Shown piece after piece: positions 12,301 through 27,300 of a stretch of 64,000 nt of DNA; positions within the stretch are counted from its first letter, which is position 1; every line of letters begins with the position of its first letter. Under the pieces are notes generated by a model. It was not told the origin of the DNA. It ran no database searches and saw nothing but the letters and a program-made list of their open reading frames with translations. Source of the stretch: Trichoplax adhaerens (taxonomy: Eukaryota; Animalia; Placozoa); contig NW_002060944.1 in the NCBI RefSeq assembly GCF_000150275.1, positions 3,614 through 67,613 on the forward strand, written 5' to 3'. The position numbers and the translations under genes are program-made.

Positions 12301-15300
12301 TCATATTATATTCATAAAGTGGCCTTAATCGAAATCTCCTAGAAGAATTGACGTCGCAGAAAATATTTAAAGAATTATCAACTTTAAGATCTTTGTGAGC
12401 TATATATATTGAACATTATTAATGAATAAATTTATTTTAAAGTCGTCAAATCCCCACGCATTTTATATCTTAGCCTTAATGCCACCATATGCATATAATA
12501 CTAAGTTAATGCTAATTTCTAATCTGGTTGTTAATGCTATAGTGTATATTTTATTTAAAAGGCTGTAACTGCTACAGATACCATAGCACTAAAGGTGTAT
12601 TTCGGAGGCAGATCACCTACAAAATCTGTATTTAAATAGTGTGAAAAAAATACGGCATAAGATACGTTACCATATGAAATATGCTATATTGACGATGATA
12701 CGGGGCTGATTCTATCAATTTAGATATCTGTCAAACAATAAGATACAAAGGATTGGTAATGGCGTTTTTTCAAGCTTACAAAAGTTGATGACACTGTAAG
12801 TTTCAAAAGTAACTTCCTGCTAAGATTTTTAATTTTTTAATCCCATGTAGGTCATCTATTCATATATTAATTCCTCGAAAAATTTTTGCATTAATAACTG
12901 GAAAACTGAAATAGGTGGTTACACCAAAATACGCTCAGTGGCATAGCTTCCAGGACGTTTGAAGGATTATCAAGTTTGAAATATTTGTAGGCTACTTACA
13001 ACTAAATTAATAATATCATCACCATTTTAATGCAGATAAAGTCATAAACATGCCATTCACTGCTTAATTCGATATTCTCTGTGATTTCTGCGCTGTATTA
13101 GTTGAATTATTATTAGCAATATTAAGTACTTGCACCTAGCCCTGATAATTCGGTAGTGAATTAAAAATTTATTTCATAACAGAATATTAGTATTGCAGAA
13201 AATGCTAAAAGAACTTGATTTTATTAAGTGATAGGCGAATAGCAAGATTAAACAGCAGCTTAACACTAGATAAAATAAATAAGAAGCAAAATTTTTTAAA
13301 CTATTTTTTCTAAATATAGATATATGTATAGCAATAAAATAGAAAGGATAGCCGATGGAGCCTTCGCAGACCTAGGTCAGCTTAAATTGCTGTAAGTCTT
13401 CGCAAGGTAGCATAATTATGCAGAACTGAACATCATATAGCAATGCAGGCAATAATTGCCTTCTAGATATAAATTTTTAACAATCAAAATTTCTAGAGGA
13501 TATTCATTTAATCAAAATGCATTATGTACTGTAAGTGGACTACATGCTAATCATTTTTGTACAGTTTACTCGAAAGCAAAAATTACGTCAAGAAGCATCA
13601 AGTGAATTAATTTTTAGATTTTGTACACTAGTATTTGATGTCTACCAATTACTGCAGAATCCACAAAAACTATTAATTTTATTTGCAATTCTAAGACGAT
13701 TTTTTCCATAGCTAACGATACTGTCAATGTTTCGCAAATGCTGAAAGAACAAAAATGATCATAACAACTTGATGCTACAATGGCATTCTTATTGGCAAAG
13801 AATATAATAACATAGAGACATTTAAAATAAAAAGCAGATCGCCCAATGCGAGATACTTATAGCACAAGAAAATGTTATACTTAGCATTATAGAATTATAT
13901 TCCTACTCCTTAGGTACTTTATAAATAGTATAATAGATGGATTAATTATAAGCAGAGTAATGAAAGCTTACAATATGCGGTAGTTGCATAATGAAATTTA
14001 TCAGAGATGAAATAAATTTTTTGCAGCTACATACAGTATGACATCAGAGATTTAATGAACTCCTTTCTAAACACGAAATTATCAATATGCTTTGATATGT
14101 AAAATTACACTATTATATATTATATTAAGAGTTTAAATGATTCTATATTAAGAACTAACATAGTTCGATGATGACAACTTTGCTAAACACTATACCTTCT
14201 TCAAAGATATTTTGAATGTAACGAATTTATGCTAATTAGTAATACAATATTTCATAGTTGAACATAGTAAACATCAAGGGGCAATATTAACAATATCTAT
14301 AGTCATTTTAGCAGATGTACTACTTGTTAAATGCCTAATCAAAACGGCTGAAATCAATCATTTTAGAGGGATAAGTAAGAATAATAAAGGTAATAGGTTT
14401 GCTTTAATTTCTAGATACTTAGATGATAACAAGATAGAAACGATTGGAGAGCAAGCCTTCACTGGATTAAATAAGTTACGGTGGCTGTAAGTTATCAAGA
14501 TTTGGAATGTATAATCTAATGTGCTATGTCAGTGCTCCAACTATTTCATGTTCATAATTATTATTTCAGATATCTATATTCAAATTCATTAGCTGTATTG
14601 AATTCAAAAATCTTTGGGGGATTATCAGAGCTGGAGATTTTGTAAGCTAAAACAGATACAGTGCCTTGATGTATACTGATTATTTGTATAATTTTGGAAA
14701 TTTCCGTTTTATTTTCGTACTAGCGATTGTACGATTATAATTAGTATATTAGCTAAGTATCATAATAAAGAAAATAATATAAGCAGAAAATTTTTTTATG
14801 CGAGACAATATTCTAAACTTGGTAGCTAAAATACCTAGATTAAACCGTCCTAAAAATACGAGTACTACACGGCAATCATGATTGCGACGCAAGTTATCGT
14901 ATTCTTTTCATTGATTTAGACATCTTCACAAAAATAAGATAGAAAAAATTGAAGACGGGGCATTTTTAAACCTATCTAACGTATACGAACTGTAAGCAAT
15001 TGTGAAGTACTTGTGCTTTTAACTTTTATGTACCATATAGTAACAATTTAAAGAATAATCTACAATAATTCTAAAAGAAATTAATAGTTCCTGACATTCA
15101 AGTGATCTTTTTGATATCAATATTATCCATAATAATCTTCTAATTATTAAAACAGACGGTTGGACGAAAACTTATTAAGTACCCTAGATTCTCCTAAAAT
15201 ATTCGAAGGACTTACAAATTTAAGAACTTTGTAAGTTATTCTGGCCATTGATGCTCACTGATTTAGAACAACTGATGATATTAGAGCAAATCTATCATTA

Positions 15301-18300
15301 ATATGAAGTATGAATTACGCAATATTTTGTAATATATTTTACGATTCGTATAGGTTCCTACTAGTGCTATAATTTTGTAAAGCCTTAATCATATTCATTT
15401 ATGTTATACAATATATTTACATAATTGGCCCAATTAGAAAATTTGAGTGATAAAATCTGATCACGAAAATTCAAAATTTGTAGAAAATTAGAACTTTATT
15501 AGATCTAATACAAAGATTAGTGACTCACAGCTCTACTCTAGCCAAATACAACTACTCAAAGACTTTTAGAAAGAACAATTAGATAATCTAATATCGCTTG
15601 CTTTTATAATCTAAGTAGCCTTCGCAGCTACAATCAAAGTAAAATGAATAACCATTTCCTAATAAATGATTCATAGTTCTATTTTTACCTTTAACTTTAT
15701 AGTAGTTCATCGTTCTACTGTATATTTATCTGTGCTCTAGCATAGAGTCTACTATTACAGTCTATAATTATAAGCTACAAAATATATCGTAAGATAAATA
15801 TAATAACTGCACTACCGTACATCATACTAAGCGTGGCTAATAATCTACAATCACATGACTAAGTTACTTTACAGTCTGCTATGATTTTGGCAGTAGGCAT
15901 TGTAAGTAGTGGAGTATCGTTGCGTAGCATTATGTAGTACACACCAATTATCCAGATATACAAAGTTATAATAATTTTAATATCTCTGTCACGGTAGTAA
16001 ATCTACCGTGATGAATGATAACTTACTTAATTTAGATATGTATATGTATCACGTTGAGATAGTTATTAATTTGGATATGTGCATGAATTATTTGATGACT
16101 TAATATAGCCGATACAAACCTGTTCCTAATACAGGTTAAATTATACTAAATATGGTATATGAATTGTCAATGGCAAATTCAATATAAATCCTGTTAATTA
16201 TAAGCTAGGGCAAACATAAAGTTAATCTATAGTAATACTAGTACAAACTCACGTCGCTTTGCTGACGGTTTACGATAATGTACCCATTTGTTAATAATTA
16301 ACAGATAGTTTCACCATTCGACATTATATATATCCCGGTAATAGCCAGGCACTACTATATTCACAGCGATGCTTCCAGAATACTACATTTTAATTATGCA
16401 TTCACAGATGAGATGCTGTGAGATGCTATACTAAGATTAGTTCATGGTCCAAAGCACATCATGATAACTAATGTACGGTGATGGACATACCAACTTAAGA
16501 TTACCAGGTACTGTGAGATATCGATAGTGCGGTACAATGTTCTTAATACTGTGGTCAATTATATACCAATCATTATAATGTGTCTAAGGATCGCTTGCGT
16601 ATGCAAGCAAAGCTTGCTCTGTCGATAACAACCGTTATAAGAAAATGTAACAATCAAAATGGCGGTGTAGAAAACTCTATAAAGATTCCATGTTTATTCA
16701 ATTTTCGTCAGAGAATTACATCAAATCAAAATTGAAAGGCCCAGTGGCCACCCTTAGCGATATAACGAATACTATTTAAAAAATCAGTACTCTGCAGAAC
16801 TTACTACCTTAGAGCTATTCGTTTTACACATGAAGAAATGTTGAGGTAAAAAGTACTGTAAGAATCTTATACTGGCTTAGAGCTATTCGTTTTACATGAA
16901 GAATTCTTGAGGTAAAAAGTACAGTAAGAATCTTATACTGACCTATTGGAATGAACCCATAATCACAGTCACCTAACAATAGTGTAAATACTCCCGCGCT
17001 GCTCGTTAAAAAAAAAGGGAAGGTTGTTGGGATTACAAATTCATTGGATTAGACTAGGAATAATTTAATGTATTCTCGAAGTCTTATTGGTCGAAATATA
17101 TCACACATCGCAAACCGGTTTTATGGCTAGAAAAGTTATTTAAATGATTGATTTTGAATATTAAATTAGACTTGCATTTTCCAGAAAAAAGATATAGTTA
17201 GAAGATTCCGAAAGTGCATTTCTCAGTTATTGTTACTTATCTAGGGTAATCTAATTAGTTTAGATTTGGCAACTTTGGTTAAGTAACAATCACAGTCAGT
17301 TTATAAGAACTATTTAGTTTAATTTGCAATATCTGGAATTTTTCGTACTGATAGCTAAACTGTTAATGATCTCTTCAGTTAAATAGCAAGAACAGTTAGC
17401 AATTAAATAAATTATAATTTGAGCCTGCAACAAAACCTGTTCTACTAATGATAATTAGAGTGTAGATCACAAAATTAATTTGATAATATCAGATTTCATT
17501 ACTAATTCTTTATCGATTGAGATGCTAGCTAACAGCACAACAGGCTCTGACAGACAAGAAAAATCTCCTATAATAGCAGATCTTAGAAAAGAAGGAATAA
17601 GACCAATAATAACAGAAAAGCGGTGCTTCTTAAATACGCTATCAAACTCGCTTGCAACATAATAATTACGAACACATTACTTAATACTTACAAAGTTTAG
17701 AATGAGAATAAAATTGTATGATTAGTATCATATTCTACGAAGCTGAAATCCACATACTTGAATTACTACATACATAACTTATATATACCTATTATTCTCA
17801 ACTGACCTAGATTTTGCCGTTATTTTTTAAGTTATATCTAATTCACCTCTACACGACATGTTGACAGCAACAGTTCATCTAACAGCTTCACTACAGTACC
17901 ATTAATTATTTCAATTGCTGAAGTATAAAAATACTTCTTTAATTGCGCATATTTTATTCGTTTCAACCAGCAATTTATTGGCAGGTAACCTATAGTGTTG
18001 GTCTAGTGATTGCTGTATGGTTTATTTATAATATTAATTTCTTGTACTATTTGCCGAAATATATCATGATACAGGACTAAAATAAATATTAGTTGCTAAC
18101 GTTTTGATAGTAGGCATTACTAGTATTGCAGTATCGCTGCATGGTACTGTATCAAGGTCGCCAATTACCGAGCTGTACACAATATAATTCACGATATCAA
18201 AGGCGAATAATAAGATTTATTCAGTCTAATTAGTATTATCAGATAGAAAGGACAGTTAGCAATAAAAATTTTAATTTGCACTATCAATTTTTCCAGCAAC

Positions 18301-21300
18301 TGAAGCACAAAATGGCTTTCCATTGAGCACGATTTAGTGATTTTAAACAGCAATTTATTAGCAGATAAATCTTTAGTATTTGCCAAACAACTGCTGTATA
18401 ATCTATTTTAAGGTTAATCACCGTAATAGTTACCGAAACACATCATGATAAAGGATAAAATAAATATTACCCTATGATGAACTAATACCAAGATAAAAAT
18501 AAAGTATTACCATTGCAAATATTTCTTAGTATGAAATATTACAACATAAGTAATCTTAACGATATAATTCTTGTATACTCATATATTGAGAAAAGCTTTA
18601 GACAGAATTTCTTTTAAAATTGCTACATTACAGATCTCTTGATCCAACCTTTCATTATGCTATACATTTAATTTTTCAGATATTTGAATAAAAACAGAAT
18701 ATCACAGATAGCTGATGGAGTTTTCATTCCTATAAAGCAAATAGAATATGTGTAAGTCTGTAATAGTGAAATTATCCAAGAAGAATTTCTCAATATTTTC
18801 GTGACTTAAGATTTATTGTTATTAACGGTTTGATGCGTATAAAAAATTTTAGACACGCCATTTATTACAATTTATATGTAATTCCAGTACTAAATCACAT
18901 TGCAAGCATTTCTACAAAATAATATATTCGTAAAGACATGTAATAGATAACTATGCTAGACATATTATTTGAAATTTTTTTCAAGCTCAACAACGCTATA
19001 TTATAATGTAAGATTTGCGCATTATTGTTTAAGAGATAAAGTAGATCTGTTAAAGAACTGTCGCAAAACAGCTTAGCAACAAGATAATGTAATGTACGAT
19101 AACCAAGTCAATTCCTTGAACCACGTATCAAGGAACGATATCTGCACTATCAGGAATGCTTTCGCTCTTCTAGCAGACTACGCAAAGACTTAGATGTCTC
19201 GTATTTTACGTTAAAAACTAAGTTTCAGAATTAACTTAATGATACGATATATTGTATTTATATACTCTTCCTCAATAGTTCATGAGTCATAGTTAGTACA
19301 CTTAACTTTAGAATCATTCACTGAATTAGACATTAATTTTAGCTACTGCTCCCTAATGCAGACAACAATGTTTACGAACATAGGCATCTGATGACTAATA
19401 CAGAATAGTCAGATTACGATATGTCCTATCACGAGACATTTCCACGATAATTTACAATCTACCATAAGTAAGTTACAATCACAATGATTCGAACTGTAAG
19501 TAGATAATACGCATTCCCTAATATAACTATTAATTTCAGTATTTATGTATATGTCACTGTTACATAAAGTAAGTGCTATATTAAAACACAGTACATCCAA
19601 ATTAAAAATTAATTAAATAAGGATATGCTAACAAAATTATCCTAGCATAGATATTTCTATTCTAATATAGTATATAACACTATCACAAGAACATATTATG
19701 ACGTCCGTTTTTAATTCATTAATTTAATATGTATAGTTGATTAAGCTAAGTACCTATCTTTATTTTAGAGATTATTATATCTGATTGTAGTTGTTGTCAC
19801 CATTGTAGAGTCAGTTTGTAAGTGTTGATTTCTTACCAGAGACGGAGAAGACCTTGACTAGCAGCAACGATTATGTAATTATTCGCGTAGGTCAAGGTCT
19901 CTTCTATCTTACTATTAGAAACAATTCTAAGACTAATATCTTTGCATGATCAGCTCAGAAACTAGTAAGAAAATATACAGTTCTAATACAACTTAGTGAG
20001 TAGATATGCTAGATTATAGAAGAGATAATGCGTTATGAAGCCGTCATGAAATAGATATTGTTTGCATGTCCTGAAAATGTAAATGTCTTAGTAATAGATT
20101 CAACGCAAAATTTCCTTTATTTACACAGCCTATCTCGTCATGTAACTATAATATGGCGATGTGCGTCTTTCAGTTTTTATTGTCCATTAAGTTAAAATCC
20201 TTTCATAAGCCACAATTATAATATGATTGTCACCCAATGATAACGTAACTTTCTTTTATACTTATATTGTAAAAATTTTCAATCTGCAGAAGACTGTCAA
20301 GAAATGAGATTCGCCGTGTACAGGACATTCATCTTAGTGATTTGATAAACTTAGGTCGAATGTAAGTTGTAAAACAAACTTATTTAACCACGAATGATAC
20401 ACCCTTGAAGATTGTATATCCGTTTAATCTTATTTTCAAAACTACAGTAAATTTCATACTTTTCAATTCTTAGATCGATATCGCGAAATAGACTTACCGA
20501 AATGCCCTCGGGAGCTTTTAGAAATATGACTAAATTGCGAAAAATGTAAGTCGCCACTTGCCGCAAATACCCTGGCGATACATTAAACAACACAGTACTC
20601 ATAGTAAATTTTACTTTAGTCCGCTAGACTACTTCTTTAACCTACGGTATTGTTACTGGAATATCTTTAAAATGCACACATTAAAACGGACAAAACAGAA
20701 TAACGCTCATATCTTACACACTATGTATGTTGATCATTATCTCGCTCATAAACACTATCAGTCGTAGTAGACAGATTTACTGCGCTATTAGCTTATTTGT
20801 AATAACAAATGTTATTACAGTTACTTTATCATACATGGATATTTTCAGGAACAAATAATTTCATACATAAGCATGTCTCGATTACGAGCTCTATCAATCT
20901 CCTACTTTTCAAATGCCCATTTGAGATGTATTACTGTTTTGTTATAATATTGTAAGGATTTACGCGCCTATCACTAACAACAATTCCTAAAGTAGCACTT
21001 TTTATTTCTAAAAAGTCAGAAACAAAACGTATTCTTAAACTATAAATCCATATCAGAGTCATTTTTATATCTGTGATGCAATGCTAATATATCAAGATGA
21101 TACTCAAACCATTTAACTATTTAAGAAAGACTAAAAATATGACTTTGCATTACTTTAGAAGGATGTTAATTTACGATACGTATCAATCATCGTCTTGACT
21201 AATTCTTCCATTGACTTTTCAAATATGCTACAGTATTCGTAATAACACTATTATATCTTACAAATAACTGTAGAAGAATACTGTGATTCTCAAGAATTAG

Positions 21301-24300
21301 GACTGAAATATATTAGGACGAGTTTGTTGCCAATTAAGATAGTATTTGTAAAATCACCTATAATATATTTGGAGTTTCAGACTAATCTATTTGACAAAAA
21401 ATATGCAGCACAGATGCTACATTTTTAATTAATAATACTTTGAAATGTGACTAAATACACATTAAATTAACTTGTTTACTTTAATCGCCAATCGTTATTA
21501 TTCTAATTTTATAATATTAAATCGCCTAAATGATACCAATATTAACTTCAATACATTTTCATGTAGATGGTTATATGCAAACTCAATTCAAAGGATTAGT
21601 AAAGAAGCATGGGATGACTCAAAGAACTTGAAAAATATGTAAGCTGACTGTAATAAATCTGGGTAGATGTTAGAGGCGCCATGTAAAAGTTAAGTCTTAA
21701 TCATATCAATCTTTAGCTATAAATTATAAGTATTATATTTTTGAAGTTAGTCGCCCTTGCAGTTCTTCACTGAGTATATAAAGAAGCTTTTGAAATGATA
21801 CAGAAATCTAATCTTTTTAATTCTTTATGATGTAAATTTCTCTAGTATACCCTAAATCGTATCATCGTTCATAATAGAGTAATCTAGACCAAGGAATAAT
21901 ACGAGTATAATGGCTTCCTTCAGTAAAAGCATAAGTTTTAATTTAAATGTCGTAAATTTCAGAACTCCTAAAAACAGTCTTAAAAATTATATAAAAGCAA
22001 AAGAATTTTGGTATTGCTACGCTGCAGGGAACGGTACTGTAGTGTTTATACATTAGAGCATTCCCTTTGCTTAACCTTCTTTAGCTAGTTTCCAGTTTTG
22101 ACAGCTTCAACATTAATACGTTACTGGCTTGTTGTGCAACGGTGGAACTGAAATTAACAGTTACATATGATGGCTAAGAATAATCTAGTTATTTTCCTTA
22201 TCACTCTGATTGTAGCTCAGTTACAGCAGATTATATGGTACTAATGAGGATTCATAAGCTATTGTAGAAGTCTATAAACCGCGATAAATTATGCAATGAA
22301 GAGAATTGTTGAAAATCTGTATTTAAAATAGTCTATATGACGTTTAAATCCTGTCTGTTAGCGGAGGAGTGATATTTCTGATAGAGTAGATATTGGGTCC
22401 TGAAATATGGTTCAGGGACGTAAGCTATGGATTGTAAATTGCGTTACTTCGTTGTTAAGTGCTATTAAAATATGCAAATAACTTGTTGCATTAATATCGT
22501 ATCGAACACTTGAAATAATTGATTAAACTCAGGCTATTTTTATATAGAGATTTGTCAAATAATGCTATTGGAAGTATCAACGAATCTGGCCTTTCACAAT
22601 TTAAATATATGGAAACATTGTTAGTTACCTTTAGCAGATTCATACACAAAATTTTATTATAAACTTATAAATTAAAAATATAAAGAGTATAAGAAATGCA
22701 AATTGTAACTAGATATTTTTGTAATTGCAGAACTCTGGGTATAAATAATTTAATCCGCCTGCACGATTTTGTCTTTTCTGAGTTATCTGAACTTACATCT
22801 TTGTAAGAACATTCCTAACTTTTTCCAATACCTACTAATTTTTTCATATTTTAACTCATCACTCCAAATTTCTATTTTGTATTTCATCTTTATTTGTTTC
22901 ATTTACAGACAGCTACATGGCAACGATTTAACTTTTATCAGTACTTATTCCTTCTATGGGCTGAAGAACTTGGAAATACTGTAATGCAGCACTTAAGTAT
23001 TTTAGTACCTATTACGCAACATTGGAAAATTACGACTATGACATCACTTTAAAGGGCTATTTACTAAAGCACTTTAAATTGATACGATTTCTTACGTATT
23101 GACTCAGATTCCTATATGATAACAAAATTAAAGTTATCGCTCCAGGTTCCTTTGCTAATCTAAATAAGCTAACTCTCATGTAAGTAATGAAAAAAATAAT
23201 TTTAGGTTAGAATAGAGCAATAAATGATAGGTTTTATAGCCATAAAAGGTGGAGCTCTATATTTTCTGGATGGTATTAACACTCAATTTTCAACAGCAAC
23301 TATGCTTTTTCGCTTCAACTGTGTTTTTATACTATAGGAAAGTTTAATTGTTAGAATACAAGACAGCTATATTTATACTGAGACTGCAACTTAATATTCT
23401 TTTAAAGCTCTCTGGTCTTAGAATAATAAATTATGTAATAAATGCAGGCAATTCGATCTTGTCTACAATTGTATTACAATGCAAGAACTTTCACGATCTC
23501 GTTTTCGTTTGGTAACCAGGCTAATAAGCAGCCTGTCTTGTCAGTTTATCGTAAATAACATTATGCTATCATCTACTAGTGAACTATCACGGAATAAACT
23601 CTTATCTATCAACGATCGTGTCTTTAACGATTTACCTTCATTAAAGACATTGTGAGTCTTAACGTATAGTATTACAAATTTATTTCTCTAAGCTATTGTC
23701 AAAAGCAACAGTAAACTAAATTGCATTAAATTAAATCTTAATTTTTTACAATTTAGACATATTCTAGATAATTACGTACTTAATCTAACTTCGACTGCTT
23801 TCAAAGGCTCTCACCAGATAGATACAATGTATGAAATATTCTCTTTCTTATATGCTAAAACAACAATATTGCAACAGTTTAATATCAGATAGTTACAATT
23901 TTTGCAGTAAACTATCAGGAAATGGAGTTCAACAAATTTCTGGTGATTCTTTCTCTGATTTGATAAACTTAAAACGATTGTAAGTTATATCATGCTACTG
24001 TGCTTGCCAAATAAATCATTAATTATTACTTTATCTTTAGCTATTTTGATTATATAATTAATTCATTTTTATTATTAGGGAACTGAGAATTTGCTCTATA
24101 ACCGAAATCGGAACTGAAATATTTGCTCGCAATACTAAGCTGCAGCACTTGTTTGTTAACACTTTCCATACTTTAAGAAATCTATACTACTTTGACTTTA
24201 TTTTCTATTATATCCAGTAATATAGTCCAAAATAATATCTAATGCTATTAAAATAACTTAAATTCATCTTTTAAGAGATGTAAGTGGCTGTAAAATTTCG

Positions 24301-27300
24301 ATGGTGACCTCTAGAGCTTTCTCTAATTGTACCGCCCTAAAAATATTGTAAGATTTTCATTTATATTTTCATAGCTATATCATTTATGAAGGAACGCAAA
24401 TGTCTTACAAACCAGAGATTTAAATAATTTCTTGGGATATGATATTGTACACTGTTCATATAAACACCAGTTGAGTCTTAATTATACAAAAATAGCGTTT
24501 CCAAAAGTAGCTGGATATTACACAAATGACTGACGGCGATAGAGAACATCACTAAATAAATAAGACTCTGCTAGATTTTACCTGATTAGCACGTTTTTTT
24601 CGTTGCTAAAAATCCATTAAATCTTTTATTAGTAAGATACTTAGCAAATGTAAAGAAAAAATATTTCCGTATCAATACCTAATTCTAGTTATATTTACTA
24701 CCTAAAGATATATTTAATTTTGTCACAGAAATTTATCAGCTACACTGATTCGAACCTTGCCATCGTATATATTTGGATCCAATAAACAAACCAGTATGGA
24801 GACATTGTAAGTTTACATATCGGTTGATACTAAAACTGCAGTGATTGACAAATTGTATAATCTGCAATTCCTTACTTAAATTCCGTATCCCTAAATTAAT
24901 ATCTTCTAAATATCTAAGTGAACGCAATGCTCAATAATCAATGTTTTATATAATACTATCGAATAAACTCTCTAAGTCAAAACCTAATCTAGCGAAAGAA
25001 TTCAAATTCTGATTAACTTTCGTTTGACAATAATATTCATTATTGTTAGATTGATAAATGGGAGCTTTCTGGAAAGCATTGATGAGATGGCTTTTTACGG
25101 TCTAAGTAAACTGAAAAGTCTGTGAGTTTAACTATGAATATGAGGATGAAGCGTATCCTTAACATAAATTCATCTTCTATGAACAGTATACGGGCTTAAA
25201 AAGGTATCATTTACCACGTGTAGTTTCTACAGGTAATGCAATTACAAAATTCATCTATTGAAACTTTAGAACATTAAGCACAAATTTCATTCGATACCTG
25301 GATCCTGTTACCTTTACATCTCTGACGTCTTTGGAAGAATTGTACGTATAAAATGTTAACTATTTCTATATTAGATCTAAAAAAATAATATTATACGACC
25401 GTATTCGTCGTAAATTCGACAGTATCTCAAACAATTTCTCGTCTTTTAATGGTAAAATCTTCTGATTAAGTTAAATACTTACATTAATACTAATTAGAAT
25501 AATTTTAACATTGACTCCTATTACAGTACTACAATTAGCAACTGATCCTTCTATATATTTGATTTAGTTTGATATTTAAAAAGACCATAATCAATTGAAT
25601 TAAACTTAGTCTGTATAGTCTATGCCAGTTCTAAAAAAGAAGATATAAAAGTAACAATCTTTTATGGTTAGCAAACTACTGTATGTGATGTAGGGCTGTC
25701 AACCATTAGTAACTTTACGTTTCATAAATGCCAAGTTTTAATAAGATAATCGAAATTCGAGATAATCAGCCTTAACAACCATCCATATGAAAGCCCACAT
25801 ATATAATATTATTCTTCTTTCAAAGATGAAATTATGATTTTTCACAAAACCAGTTCTTAAATTATGTTAATCGCAGGAATCTTAATCAAAATAAAATTGA
25901 ATATCTGAACGAGTTAGGATTCTTTGACCTTGGATCTTTGAAATTCTTGTAAGCCAGTATATGTTACAAATATATCGCTGAAATTTAGAGCTTCTTATGG
26001 TTCCTACATATGAACTACATTAATTGAAACTATTTCTTAATTATGATAATAAGAACTAATAACGTTGAAGGAGGCTATTAAACTAAGCTATCTTATAAGA
26101 ATACGCTATTGATTCTTGAGATAGAGCTTAGTAGATCACATAGTATAAGATTATTCTCAAAGCGTATAACAGACTGAAGGATTAAGAATGATCCTTGGCT
26201 TCATTACTAGGCATTTAACCTCCAATGAAATTAAACTGATAGGTAGCAATGCCTTCCTTGGCCTAGCAAAGCTAACGCGATTGTAAGATCCTCTTGTGTA
26301 ATTACACATCGATGAGATCTTTTATATATTTCTTCATTTTTGGATAATTTTATCATCATTATCGTAATTTAACCTGTATTTTTGTTAAGAAACTACCAGC
26401 TTTCTAAATTATACTATGATTATTTTAAAATTGTTCCTAATTTTCGCACCTGCATTGCACTAACTGCTATTGAGCAACTCTTGACTAATACACAATTGTA
26501 GTTCGTTTATCTATTTTGATAACTGCATCAAGTTATCATCATTTATTATCGTGTTATACTTTTAATTGAGCAATGGAATAGTAGACCACTAATTACTAAC
26601 TTTGAAATTATTGTGACTTACGATAGATATATCAATAACAATTACATTAGTACACTCAATGGGACGGCTTTCAGCGGATTACACAGCCTCACTTACCTGT
26701 AAGTGTCAAACTTAATAAATTACTGATTATATTAGTACAAACTAGTACGCATAGCTTCGAATTTCTATTGCTATATAAGAAATCATTGTATTACATCTTT
26801 AATGACGCTTTTCTTAACAAAGTAAAATGTGCTTTTGATGATTTAAATCAGATTACTGGATGAAAACCATTTATTATCCATTCAAGATTTCCAATTTGCT
26901 AGTTTACCTTCATTACAATATCTGTTAGCCATTATTTTTATTTATCTCATGTATTGAAAAAATTTAGAATAAGAAGATTTTAACTTAATTGCTGATTATT
27001 CAACATTAGTTATCTAAGGTCAAACAAAATCAAAGAAATTCAACCTAATTCATTCTCTGGCTTGGATAATATACAAGAAATGTAAGAAATTAAATTTAAT
27101 CTAAATTAAAAATGTTTAATTAATGTTGATAGGTAATGATAATGCTAATATACTTGTACGTAATAATTGTAACTAATTTACCCTGATATAAAGAAGAAAA
27201 CATGCCTATTAATGTATCAACAGTATCACTTTTAACAAATAGAAATATATTTTCACCTTATTTCGTCCACTTTGTATTCTGTTTTGATTAGCTGGCTTAA

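Noticed and set aside
12562-12627. Possible further decayed LRR exon ending EADHLQNL before a GT
   Set aside because: Three stops in frame, weak donor (gtattt) and no clear xLxxN start; cannot be separated from chance.
15989-16011. 9-bp hairpin tcacggtag/ctaccgtga as a Helitron 3' end
   Set aside because: No CTRR terminus at the expected distance and no second copy seen.
18970-18972. In-frame TGA read as selenocysteine or readthrough
   Set aside because: The position is not a conserved Cys, neighbouring consensus leucines have also decayed, and no SECIS was recognised.
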